From: an uncultured bacterium
GTDB lineage: Bacteria; Muiribacteriota; UBA6191; JACPRK01
Direction of reading: 5' to 3'
Assembly: GCA_964610245.1 (NCBI GenBank)
Contig: CAZSVK010000002.1
Coordinates: forward strand, 1 to 37,196
Length of the DNA: 37,196 nt
Shown: in pieces, positions 10,307-18,682 of the stretch
How positions within the stretch are numbered: position 1 is the stretch's first letter
How the letters are laid out: every line of letters starts with the position of its first letter
Notes under the pieces: generated by a model
Told to the model about the DNA's origin: nothing
What the model saw: the letters and a program-made list of their open reading frames with translations, nothing else
Databases searched by the model: none
Translations under genes and position numbers: made by a program

Positions 10307-13300
10307 TCACTCGGGAAGCTGGATCCAGACATCCTCCACGAGTCCGAGCAGGTAACCGGCGCCCGGCCGGGGTGCCGACTCGGGCGTCAGGCCGGGCAGG
10401 AACACCCTGAAATGCGAGAGCCCGTCCGCCCCCGGCGCCGTGTGCACGATAAACCGGCCTCCGCAGCGGGATTGCAAGGTGCTCAGGGTCTCTCCCGCGG
10501 GCACGCCGCGCGGATACCCCACCAGTGACAGCGGTCGCCTCGCGGCGAGCCACACTGCCGACCGCGGCCAGGGGCTTCCGAGCCAGTGGATGACGCGCGG
10601 CTGCTTCACGCCCAGGAGGACATAACCGGCCACCGCCTCCAAGCCGAACGCCGGGCCGCTCCCCGGCATCCAGGCCTCGAACCGGGCCGCGCCGCCCTGC
10701 GGAGCGACCTGCCGCGCGACCGCGCTGGCGCCGGTGTCGGCCAGCAGGCACGCCGCGTCATAGGCCCGGCCGTCGGTCGTCCACGGCGCGAGCGGCAGCG
10801 AGATCAGGTTGTTGCCGGGCCAGACTTGCAACGCCGCGGTGCTCCCCTCCCGGACCTCGATCGAACTCTCCGCGGCGGCCCGCCCCTCCTTCCCATCCTC
10901 GAGCCTCACCTCGAGCCGGAACAGTCCTGGATTGCCGGGGATGAAGCTGGCCGAGCGCGCCGGCGACGTGGTCGACGCGACCGGGCTGGGCTGAGACAGC
11001 ATCCTCCAGACGCAGCTCAGCTCGTCGCCGTCGAGATCGCTCGCGCTGGCCGTCACCGTGACGCGACGCCCGACCAGTTCGATTCCTCCGTGACGCAGGA
11101 AGACGACCGGCGCGTGGTTCGCGAGCACCTCCACGGCCGCGCTGGCCGAGGCGGTGAGACCGGTCGAGGCCCGGCCCTCGACCAGGAAGCGATGCGTGCC
11201 GGTCCGCGTCAAGATGACGCTGGGCGCGACGGACGCCGCGACCTCCGGGGCCGGGCCTGGGCCCCCGGCATAACTCCAGGTATAACCCAGCACCCCGCCC
11301 TGCGGATCGCTCGACCCGCTCGCGTCGAGCAGTACCGTCGGGGGCACGCCGTCGACCAGATAGCGGGGCGAACGGATGGTCAGCCGCATTCGAGGAACAA
11401 GGCCGAGCTTGATCGTGGGAAGCGTCAGCTCGACCGCGGCTGCGACGGAGACAGCCTGCCCGCTGTTCGCGTCTCGGGCGCCGATTGACGCGCCCGTGAC
11501 GCGCGCGGTCCCGGCGGCCAGCGCCCGCACGGCGAAGCTCAATGACGCACTCTGCCCGCCGCGCAGCTCCAGCGTCGGGCTCAAGGCGCCGGCCTCCAGG
11601 AGACCGGCAGGGCTCACCAGCAGCCGGGCGGAATCGAACCGAGCAGCGGCCTCGCCGTCGTTGGTCACTCGCACCGTGACGGTGGTGCCGGCCCCTATGA
11701 CTACCGAGGCGGCCGCGGCGTCAATCCGGACGATCGTCAACGCCGCGGGCCGCTGGATGTCGACCGACGCGAGCACCACCGGCCCCGCACGCTGCCAGCA
11801 GGGCAACCCGGAGTTGACGTCGACGGCGTCCAGTTCCACCAGGCTCGCCGTCACGCGGGCCGTCGCCGACACGGCTCGCGCCGTCAGTTCGATCGACGCG
11901 GTCGTCCCGCCAGTGAGTCGCAAGCCCTGCAGCGGGGCGGTCGAAAGCTCGAGGCCGGCCGTGCTGAACTGGACCCGGCTCCCCTGCGTCCGGGCCGTGG
12001 CCTGGCCCGCATTCGACAGCAGCACTCGAACCGGGAACTGCTGTCCGCGGCTGACGGTCGTGTAGGCGGAGCCCGGGAGGCTGACCACCAGCCGCGCCGG
12101 ACTCTCGACAGTCGTCAGCGCCATGGGACCGCTCGTGCCTCCGACGGCGGCGTGCGTCAGAAGGTCGGTGGCCGACAGGACCAGCGACGCGGAGACGGGA
12201 CCCGGCGACGCGTCAATCGCGGCAGTGCACCGGAACGTCTGCGTCACGGACGCCCCGCCGGCGACATGACGCAGCCCGGTCCAGCTCGAGGAGGTGATGC
12301 GGCCGCCCGCCGTCGCGAGCGCCAGACCCTCGAGCACGGCAGTCGTCTGGCCCGTGTTGGCGAGGGCCGCCGTGGCCGCAAAGGCCTGCCCGGCCGAGAC
12401 GACGGCAGGCGCCTGCCAACCGGTGAGCGAGAGCACGGCAGGCGAGAGCACGCGCCAGGCCGCCGTGGCGCCAGCCGGTCCGGCCGCCGACAGGGCCCGG
12501 CCCGGTTCCAAGGCCTCGGCTCCCCACACGGTCGCCGAGAGCGAAGTCACCCCGAGCGGCGCGGTGCCGAGAGGAGTCACGGTGAAGCTGAGCGTGGTCA
12601 CGCGCTCGGGCGACCAGGAGCCGATCGCCGGCCCCTCGATCCGGTACCCGTCCGCGGAGCCGCCGAGAAGCAGCGAGCCCCCGTCGATGCGCGCCTCGGC
12701 CTCGCCCGTATTCTCGACCACCACCCTCACCGGAACGCTCGCCTGGCCCCGCCCCACCTCGGCCGGGACCGGCCCGAAGTGTCGCACCAGCAGGGTTGCC
12801 GCTCGCAGGACCGTCACCTCTTGGGCCGCCGCCAGGTTCGTGGCCACCGGCACGGCGGCGCCACTGCTCGGGTCGACGGCATCGAGCACCAGGCTCGTCA
12901 CCGAACCGGCCCCGGCGGAGGTGGCCAGCACCGTGAACGGCACCGACAGACTCGCGCCCGCTTCGAGCCGCCAGGCCGACGTGACCCGACCGGCGGCGAG
13001 CGAACTGCCGGCGAGCACCAGGGAGGCCCGGCCCACCGTCACCGTCGTCGGCCCCTCGTTCCTCACCGACGCGGTGCATCCGAAAGACGCCCCCACCGAC
13101 AGGCGGGTGACGCCAACTCGCAGCTCGGTCACGTTCAGGACCGGCAACTCTCGCACGGTCCAGCGGAACGGCACATCGCACGAAAGCGAGATGTCGTCCA
13201 CGAACCACCCTTCGCCCTGCAGGCTGCCGTCGGAGGTGAACCGGAAGCGAAGCCGCAACTTCGAAACGCCGGAGAGACCCGGAAGCCCCACCTCGACCCG

Positions 13301-15529
13301 GCTGAACCCGGGCTGCACTCCGGAGACTCGGGTCCCGGCGACCTCCTTGAACGGACCGTTGTCGAGCGAGACCTGCACGCGCCCGAAGTCGTAGTTGGCC
13401 TCGGTGTCGTAAGACTGCCAGTAGCTCAGCACGGCGGTGCTGGCGCCGGTGACGGTCAGGTTGCGGCTGGTGATCGCAACGTCGAGGTTATTGGCGTACT
13501 TGCCCGCGGGAGACTCGTGGAAGGACGAGCCCGAGTGGGCCCGCTCGGTGGTCGTCGCCCAGGCGCCGGTGGAACTGAAATTGCCGAGCCCCTGTTCGGC
13601 ATCGTCGGCGAACACCGACACCCGCTCGGCGCCGGGAATGACCGTGACGATGGCCGTGGTCTGGCTCTCGACGTCGCGGGCCGTCAGCGTGGCGGAGACG
13701 GCGGTGTCTCCGAGCGGGGCGTCCGCCAGCACCCGCACGGCGAAGGTCAGCCACCGGGTCTCCGCGGCGGAGAGCAGCACCGGGGCGGCGGGCGCGGAGG
13801 TGACGGCGTATCCCGTCGAGCGGTTGTCGAAGGCCAGGCCGGGCTCCAGTACGAGACCCGTTTCGCCGTCGTTGCGAAGCTGCACCATCACGGCCACGTT
13901 ATCCTGCGGCCTGCTCACGACGGGTCGCTGCGCCTGCACCCCCAGGATCCGGGCGCGTCCGGAGAGCCCCACCTCGAAGGTCATCCGGTTGCCCGGGTCA
14001 CCTATGTTCCGCAGCACGACCCCGACCGGCCCCCGGGAGTAGGACCGGGTGTGAGGCGTGGTGTCGGGCGCCAGAAGTCGCTTGTCGCCGGTGCCCGGGA
14101 ACGGGTCGCCGCCGTCTCCGCGGTTGCCCCCGCTGGTCTTCTCCAGATCGTTTCTGCCGTCGGCCTGCAGTAACGCCACCATGAAGTGAGTGTCTTCGTG
14201 AGCGTTGCAGTCGTTGGCGCCCAGGCAGGTGGCCAGCAGGCTCTCGTCGATGTGCCAGGCCAGCAGGCCGTGGCCTGGCAGCGCGGCGTCGAAGCCGGTC
14301 GTGTCGCGGTTTTCGATCAGCAGGAACTCGTCGGGGGCGTAGCCTTCCCGGACCATCACCGCGTTGGGGCCCGCCGCAAGGCCGTCCAGGCTCCAGTTGC
14401 CGCTGGCGGTGACCTCGACCGGTCTGAGCCAGCCCAGCCGCATCTTGCACCAGGCCGAGAAGTGCGCGGGGGTCTTCTGGTCGTTGTTCCAGCTCCCCGC
14501 TCCCATGATGTCCCACTTCCCGACGCCCTCGGCCTGCGGCGACTGCGTGTCGTAGAGGTCGGGCAGCCCCAGGAAGTGGCCGGCCTCGTGGGCGATCACG
14601 CCCGGCCGGGCCATCGCCGCCTCGCCGGAGTCCCAGCCATAGACTTCGGGCTCGGTGTGGTAGGCCTGGATGCTGACGCCGTCCTTGACGATCGGCGAGG
14701 CGAGAGAGCCCTTGTGCGACCAGATGTGAGTGCTGGCGTTACCGCCGAACTCCTGCCCCCTGCCCTGGTGGATGACGTCGAAGTGATCGATGACGCCGTC
14801 GCCGTCGGAGTCGTAGGGCGAGAAGTCGAAGCCGGTCGCGTCGAGCGCGGCGATCGCGTCCGAGACCATCTCGCGGGCGCGGGTGTCGTAACCGATCAGG
14901 TCGGCGCCGTAGTAGTCGTGCGTTTGGGGCAGGGTCACCCACACGCTGACGACATTCCGAAAGTCGAGCTTCCCGTACGAGGCCTCGGCGAAGTAGTCGC
15001 GCACGCTGCCGGTCACGCCGTCGACGGAGTAGCCGATCTGGTTGAACAGGTTGTCGAACTCGGGCTGCGAGTAGGTGGGCGAGGTGTCGGCGAAGTTCGC
15101 CAGGATGACCAGACCTCGCAACGTGCCGGAGGTTGCGGTCGTGCGCTCCTGCGAACCGCCGGGCGCCGGGGCCGCGACGCCGGTCGCGCCCGACTGCGAC
15201 GCCGGCACCAGATGCGGCTGCAGCTTGGCCTCCCACGGCGAGCTCTTCCCGACCTGGAGCTTCGAGGGCAACACCGTGTCGGCGGGGCCCGGCTTCGCGT
15301 AGACCCACGTCCCGGACACGGCCTCCTTCAAGACGGTGAAGCCCTCGACCGTTTCGTGCCAGTGGAGGTGCTCGTCTCCGCGCAGCACCACGCGGATGCG
15401 CGTGCCGTCGGGCTGCGTCAGTTCGACCGAGGTCGGACAGGCCGGCACGGCCAGCGCGCCCGTCGACAGGAGGGCGAACAGTCCGACCGCGAGCGCAAGC
15501 TGCAGGGCAAGAGGTGGCAAGAAGGGCAT
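10307..15529 (-). CDS. Secreted M6-family (immune inhibitor A-like) zinc metalloprotease with a long tail of Ig-like (CARDB-like) repeats and two PKD-like domains
   Basis: Signal peptide [27 protein letters not shown] from ATG 15529 (the listed 15601 start is TTG). Zinc motif [14 protein letters not shown] at 14549-14590. At least 8 units of ~100 aa carry a recurring V-x-V-x-N-x-G-x-x-x-A-type core ([66 protein letters not shown]). PKD-like [21 protein letters not shown]. Confidence 0.85.
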   Translation of the reverse strand: MPFLPPLALQLALAVGLFALLSTGALAVPACPTSVELTQPDGTRIRVVLRGDEHLHWHETVEGFTVLKEAVSGTWVYAKPGPADTVLPSKLQVGKSSPWEAKLQPHLVPASQSGATGVAAPAPGGSQERTTATSGTLRGLVILANFADTSPTYSQPEFDNLFNQIGYSVDGVTGSVRDYFAEASYGKLDFRNVVSVWVTLPQTHDYYGADLIGYDTRAREMVSDAIAALDATGFDFSPYDSDGDGVIDHFDVIHQGRGQEFGGNASTHIWSHKGSLASPIVKDGVSIQAYHTEPEVYGWDSGEAAMARPGVIAHEAGHFLGLPDLYDTQSPQAEGVGKWDIMGAGSWNNDQKTPAHFSAWCKMRLGWLRPVEVTASGNWSLDGLAAGPNAVMVREGYAPDEFLLIENRDTTGFDAALPGHGLLAWHIDESLLATCLGANDCNAHEDTHFMVALLQADGRNDLEKTSGGNRGDGGDPFPGTGDKRLLAPDTTPHTRSYSRGPVGVVLRNIGDPGNRMTFEVGLSGRARILGVQAQRPVVSRPQDNVAVMVQLRNDGETGLVLEPGLAFDNRSTGYAVTSAPAAPVLLSAAETRWLTFAVRVLADAPLGDTAVSATLTARDVESQTTAIVTVIPGAERVSVFADDAEQGLGNFSSTGAWATTTERAHSGSSFHESPAGKYANNLDVAITSRNLTVTGASTAVLSYWQSYDTEANYDFGRVQVSLDNGPFKEVAGTRVSGVQPGFSRVEVGLPGLSGVSKLRLRFRFTSDGSLQGEGWFVDDISLSCDVPFRWTVRELPVLNVTELRVGVTRLSVGASFGCTASVRNEGPTTVTVGRASLVLAGSSLAAGRVTSAWRLEAGASLSVPFTVLATSAGAGSVTSLVLDAVDPSSGAAVPVATNLAAAQEVTVLRAATLLVRHFGPVPAEVGRGQASVPVRVVVENTGEAEARIDGGSLLLGGSADGYRIEGPAIGSWSPERVTTLSFTVTPLGTAPLGVTSLSATVWGAEALEPGRALSAAGPAGATAAWRVLSPAVLSLTGWQAPAVVSAGQAFAATAALANTGQTTAVLEGLALATAGGRITSSSWTGLRHVAGGASVTQTFRCTAAIDASPGPVSASLVLSATDLLTHAAVGGTSGPMALTTVESPARLVVSLPGSAYTTVSRGQQFPVRVLLSNAGQATARTQGSRVQFSTAGLELSTAPLQGLRLTGGTTASIELTARAVSATARVTASLVELDAVDVNSGLPCWQRAGPVVLASVDIQRPAALTIVRIDAAAASVVIGAGTTVTVRVTNDGEAAARFDSARLLVSPAGLLEAGALSPTLELRGGQSASLSFAVRALAAGTARVTGASIGARDANSGQAVSVAAAVELTLPTIKLGLVPRMRLTIRSPRYLVDGVPPTVLLDASGSSDPQGGVLGYTWSYAGGPGPAPEVAASVAPSVILTRTGTHRFLVEGRASTGLTASASAAVEVLANHAPVVFLRHGGIELVGRRVTVTASASDLDGDELSCVWRMLSQPSPVASTTSPARSASFIPGNPGLFRLEVRLEDGKEGRAAAESSIEVREGSTAALQVWPGNNLISLPLAPWTTDGRAYDAACLLADTGASAVARQVAPQGGAARFEAWMPGSGPAFGLEAVAGYVLLGVKQPRVIHWLGSPWPRSAVWLAARRPLSLVGYPRGVPAGETLSTLQSRCGGRFIVHTAPGADGLSHFRVFLPGLTPESAPRPGAGYLLGLVEDVWIQLPE

Positions 15530-15650
15530 GGGGCATGGGCCGCCGGGAGGGGCGGGGCCGGCGGCGGTGGTGACGAGGCGGCTGAGCAGAAGGGGGCGCA
15601 AGAGATGAATGTAGCTCGCCCGAGCCCGGAAAGCCCTCCCCCGCCTGAAC

Positions 15651-15720
15651 TCGCGTCAGCTCATGTCAGTGGGCATCAGCCCGTGTCAGCCGGCGTCAGC
15701 CCGCGTCAGCCGGGTCGCCG
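15651..15720. repeat. Six to seven tandem decamers (consensus CnGYGTCAGC) with GTCAGC at an exact 10-bp period, in the divergent control region
   Basis: GTCAGC/GTCAGT/ATCAGC at 15655-60, 15665-70, 15675-80, 15685-90, 15695-700 and 15705-10, with a degenerate GTCGCC at 15715-20. The array lies between the M6 protease start (15529, -) and the 105-aa ORF start (15772, +). Confidence 0.85.
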
Positions 15721-15771
15721 ATTAGGCTGCGCGGACCGGCGCCGCCCCGAGAGCGCCGGAAGGAGGTTCTC

Positions 15772-16089
15772 GTGAAGCTCGAGGCGCCCTGCCTTCCCTG
15801 GAAGGGCATGCGGTTCCTGGTTCCGTCGACGCCCTACTTGCCCCCATCCCATGCGGTGGTCGACGGCGTGCGCCGCCACGGCGGAGCGCTCGCCGGCCCC
15901 GAGGGGCCGGTGGATGTCGTGGTACTGCCGGAGAGGGCCGACCTGGCGCGGGTTCGACACGCCGCCGCGGCGCGCTGGATCGGGCAAGGCGCGCTCATCA
16001 TGTGGGAAGCCGCCTTCCTCAGGACGCTGCGGGCGCGCGACCCCGGCCCTTGGCTGGCGACGTCGAGTGCGGTAGGTTCGAGGCGATGA
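15772..16089 (+). CDS. Hypothetical 105-aa protein, translationally coupled to mce
   Basis: GTG 15772 is preceded by GGAAGGAGG (AGGAGG 15761-15766, 5-nt spacer). Codons are GC3-rich. The stop overlaps the mce start as ATGA (16086-16089). No recognisable domain. Confidence 0.55.
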   Translation: MKLEAPCLPWKGMRFLVPSTPYLPPSHAVVDGVRRHGGALAGPEGPVDVVVLPERADLARVRHAAAARWIGQGALIMWEAAFLRTLRARDPGPWLATSSAVGSRR

Positions 16090-16520
16090 AACCCCTCCTG
16101 AGAAGACTCGACCACATCGGCATCGCGGTGCGCGACCTGGAACGTTCTCTCGGCTTCTACCGGGATGTGCTGGGCCTGCGTCACGAGCAGACCTGCGAGG
16201 AGACCGCGCGCCAGCTCACCGCCGCGGTCCTCGACGGCGGCAACACGCATCTCGAGTTGCTGCAATCGACCGCGCCCGGCTCGCTCATCGAGCGCTTCAT
16301 CGAGAAGCGCGGCGAGGGCATCCACCACCTCTGCTTCGAGGTCGAGGACATCCAGGCGGCGCTGGCGCAACTCGAGCAGGCCGGCATGCGCCTGGTAGAC
16401 CGGCAACCCCGCCCGGGCGTGGGCGGCGCGCTGGTGGCCTTCGTGCACCCGTCGTCGACCGGCGGCGTGCTCCTCGAACTCTCGGAGAAGAAAAAACAAC
16501 CTTCCACGGGCTCTGTCTGA
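16086..16520 (+). CDS. mce: Methylmalonyl-CoA epimerase (VOC / glyoxalase-fold)
   Basis: LDHIGIAVRDLERSLGFYRDVLGL ... HLELLQ ... IERFIEKRGEGIHHLCFEVEDIQAAL ... VAFVHPSSTGGVLLEL is the typical full-length MCE pattern. Start ATG 16086 (MKPLL). Confidence 0.85.
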   Translation: MKPLLRRLDHIGIAVRDLERSLGFYRDVLGLRHEQTCEETARQLTAAVLDGGNTHLELLQSTAPGSLIERFIEKRGEGIHHLCFEVEDIQAALAQLEQAGMRLVDRQPRPGVGGALVAFVHPSSTGGVLLELSEKKKQPSTGSV

Positions 16521-16594
16521 GGGGTGTGTGGTGGAAGGTTGTCGAATGAAGAGATAGTCCTGCCGCCACTCTTATCGGCCGGTTTGGAGCGAGA

Positions 16595-16828
16595 CTTGAT
16601 TGGAAAGGGAGGGCCCTCTCGGGGGCGCCGCCCCCGAACCCCTGCAAGGGGCGAAGTTCGCCCCTTGACCCCCCGATGACTGGAGTGAGTCTTGCCTGCG
16701 CTCGAAGCTCAGAGTCTCGGAGATTGCCGATCAAGCCTCGACTCCTCTTCTCATTGCCGGGGTCCAGGGGCCCGGCTCGGGTCCCTGGCAGGGGTTCCGG
16801 GGACAGCGTCCCCGGCAGAACGCTTCGT
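16595..16828 (-). repeat. GC-hairpin intergenic element, copy A (core inverted relative to copy B)
   Basis: The reverse complement aligns with 24001-24175. Hairpins at 16620-16636, 16645-16667, 16764-16788 and 16797-16815. It lies between the convergent stops of mce (16520) and the PrsW-family gene (16848). Confidence 0.85.
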
Positions 16829-16847
16829 TCGACTGCTTCACACCCTC

Positions 16848-17603
16848 TCAGGCTTCCGGACGCTCCCTCTTCCGCAGCAGCGAGCGCCGGGGCTTGAAGG
16901 GCGACTGGGCCAGGGCCTTCTGGATCTCCCCCAGGAACCGCTCTCTCAGAAGGTAGAGGAGCCCCATCAGCACGCAGAGCGCGAGCAGGCCGGCGGCGGG
17001 CTGGTAGAGCGCCACGAAGTCGTAGGCCCCGTGCAGCAGGATGGCGGCGCCGAGTCCCTTCACGTAGAGGCTGCGGGTGAGTCGCGCCTTGAACCGGACC
17101 AGGCCCAGGTAGTAGCCGACGATCGCCGAGCAGGCGACGTGCAGGAAGCTCGAGAGCACCATCCGCAGCACCAGCACGCCGGCGCCGAAGCCGAGCATGT
17201 AGCGGGCGTTCTCGAGCGTCGCGAAGCCGATCGCCGCGCTGACCATGTAGACGATGCCGTCCATCGGCTCGTTGAACTCGGGCGAGCGGAACGCCCCGAG
17301 GCGCACCACGAGAAACTTGAGCGCCTCCTCGACCGGCGCGATGATGAGGAACGAATAGACGCCCACCTCGGCCATCGTCCCCTGGCTGACGACGAAGCGG
17401 AAGCCCTCGGGCCCGGGCAAGAGCAGCCGGATGAGGGCGCCTTCCGCCGCGACGGCGACGATGGCGGCGCCCATCCCCGCGGCGAAGGTCTTCAGCATCA
17501 GGCCGACCGGCTCGGGTTCGTAGACGTCCTGGCGGCGGATCCACCACAGCCACAGGACCGCGGGCACAAGGCAGACCAGGAAATAGGTCAGAGCGTGCGT
17601 CAT
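16848..17603 (-). CDS. PrsW-family intramembrane metalloprotease
   Basis: Polytopic membrane protein with the family motifs APVEEALKF, GFATLENARY and LLHGAYDF. Start ATG 17603 (MTHALTYF). The listed ORF start 17981 adds a non-coding-looking extension that overlaps the divergent gene. Confidence 0.75.
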   Translation of the reverse strand: MTHALTYFLVCLVPAVLWLWWIRRQDVYEPEPVGLMLKTFAAGMGAAIVAVAAEGALIRLLLPGPEGFRFVVSQGTMAEVGVYSFLIIAPVEEALKFLVVRLGAFRSPEFNEPMDGIVYMVSAAIGFATLENARYMLGFGAGVLVLRMVLSSFLHVACSAIVGYYLGLVRFKARLTRSLYVKGLGAAILLHGAYDFVALYQPAAGLLALCVLMGLLYLLRERFLGEIQKALAQSPFKPRRSLLRKRERPEA

Positions 17604-17631
17604 TGATCCGCCGGGACGGGCCGCCCATAAT
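17603..17631 (+). promoter_or_regulatory. Sigma70-like promoter candidate TTGATC-N17-CATAAT for the 301-aa orphan
   Basis: TTGATC 17603-17608, 17-nt spacer, CATAAT 17626-17631. GGGAGG 17644-17649 follows, then ATG 17655. AT-rich hexamers are rare in this sequence. Confidence 0.4.
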
Positions 17632-17654
17632 GAGGGTGACCCTGGGAGGCACTC

Positions 17655-18560
17655 ATGTCGGAAGGCACCAAGCGATTTGCTCTGAAGATAGGGGAGATCT
17701 ACGAAATAGACAAGGGCCTGGCAGCCGTGGAGAGCGACCTGCGCCGCTCGCGCAAGGCTCGTTTCTCGAACCTGCGTCCCGATCTGACGGCCCGCTTCCT
17801 GAGTTGCATCGAGCCGTACCAGGGCGCGGTGGAGGTCTACGCCCACGAGCAAGCAGACCTGAAACCGCTCCAGGGAAGGCCGCTGGGCCAGGTCGGCACC
17901 TGCAAATCCCAGTGGTTCCAGCACTTCCTGGGCGAGAAGGTCAACATGGGCGAGGTCCTGATGCCGACCGCGCTCTATCACGTCCTCTGGACCGACGAGA
18001 AGGTCTACCGGGTCTTCGGAATCAACGACCCGGCCTACATCGAGTTCATCTGGAAGAAGAACTTCATGGTGAAGATGGAGGACGAACAGATCTTCACCAC
18101 GGTCTACGACCGGGAAGAGGGGCTGGCGATCATCCGGGAAAAGGTCCGCAAGACTTCGGTCTTCCGGCTGCTCGTGCTGCCGCCGGCGCTGGTGTGCGAC
18201 ATCGTGCAGGACGTGATGCGTGGCGACTACCGGATGATCCTGTCACGGCGCGATCCGCTGGTGAAGGCGCTGGCCACCGATCCGGACGTGCGCTACGGCA
18301 GCGACGCCAAGATCTACATGATTTACGGCGGCGAAGAGGCCAACGTCGGCAGCATCCGGCTCAACCACGAGCTGTTCTCGGTCATCTGGCGCGAGAGCAA
18401 GGTCTTCGCCGTGATGAAGTACGAGAACCTGATCTTCGCCAACTATTTCGGACGGGCATTCGACACCGCCTGGAAGTACTCGAAGAAGCAGAAGCTGCCG
18501 ACCGGCTCCACGTCGCTCGCGAAGTCCCAGACGCCGAAGAACCCGATCCGCTCGAGCTGA
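17655..18560 (+). CDS. Hypothetical 301-aa soluble protein, no recognisable domain
   Basis: ATG with a GGGAGG RBS. Strong C/G-ending codon preference like its neighbours, although the protein is K/F/Y/I/E-rich. No TM segment or signal peptide. Confidence 0.8.
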   Translation: MSEGTKRFALKIGEIYEIDKGLAAVESDLRRSRKARFSNLRPDLTARFLSCIEPYQGAVEVYAHEQADLKPLQGRPLGQVGTCKSQWFQHFLGEKVNMGEVLMPTALYHVLWTDEKVYRVFGINDPAYIEFIWKKNFMVKMEDEQIFTTVYDREEGLAIIREKVRKTSVFRLLVLPPALVCDIVQDVMRGDYRMILSRRDPLVKALATDPDVRYGSDAKIYMIYGGEEANVGSIRLNHELFSVIWRESKVFAVMKYENLIFANYFGRAFDTAWKYSKKQKLPTGSTSLAKSQTPKNPIRSS

Positions 18561-18610
18561 GTCGCACATTCAGCAAGAACCCTGTCGGGCGCTCCGCTCC
18601 CGAACCCTCG

Positions 18611-18658
18611 CCAGGGCTGGGCTCCGGCCCTGGCAGGGGTCCGGGGACAGCGTCCCCG
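18611..18658 (-). repeat. GC-hairpin element, minimal copy D (two-hairpin module only)
   Basis: CCAGGGCTGG-GCT-CCGGCCCTGG (18611-18633) + CAGGGGT + CCGGGGAC-AGC-GTCCCCG (18641-18658). The order and spacer match 16764-16815. It lies between convergent stops at 18560 and 18683. Confidence 0.75.
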
Positions 18659-18682
18659 AGAGGTTTCCCGGCTCCCCCACCC

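Noticed and set aside
12152-15775. Plus-strand ORFs of 673 aa (12152..14173) and 529 aa (14186..15775), and other ORFs antisense to the M6 protease gene
   Set aside because: They are R/G/P/H-rich junk translations. The minus frame carries the signal peptide, the [14 protein letters not shown] zinc motif and the repeated Ig-like modules.
16297-17652. 451-aa minus-strand ORF spanning repeat copy A and the PrsW gene out of frame; likewise the 153-aa ORF 23847..24308 over copy B
   Set aside because: Their similar peptide stretches (e.g. PVIGGSRGEL) simply reflect the DNA repeat. The differences between copies fall as both-arm stem substitutions, which points to nucleic-acid structure rather than protein constraint.
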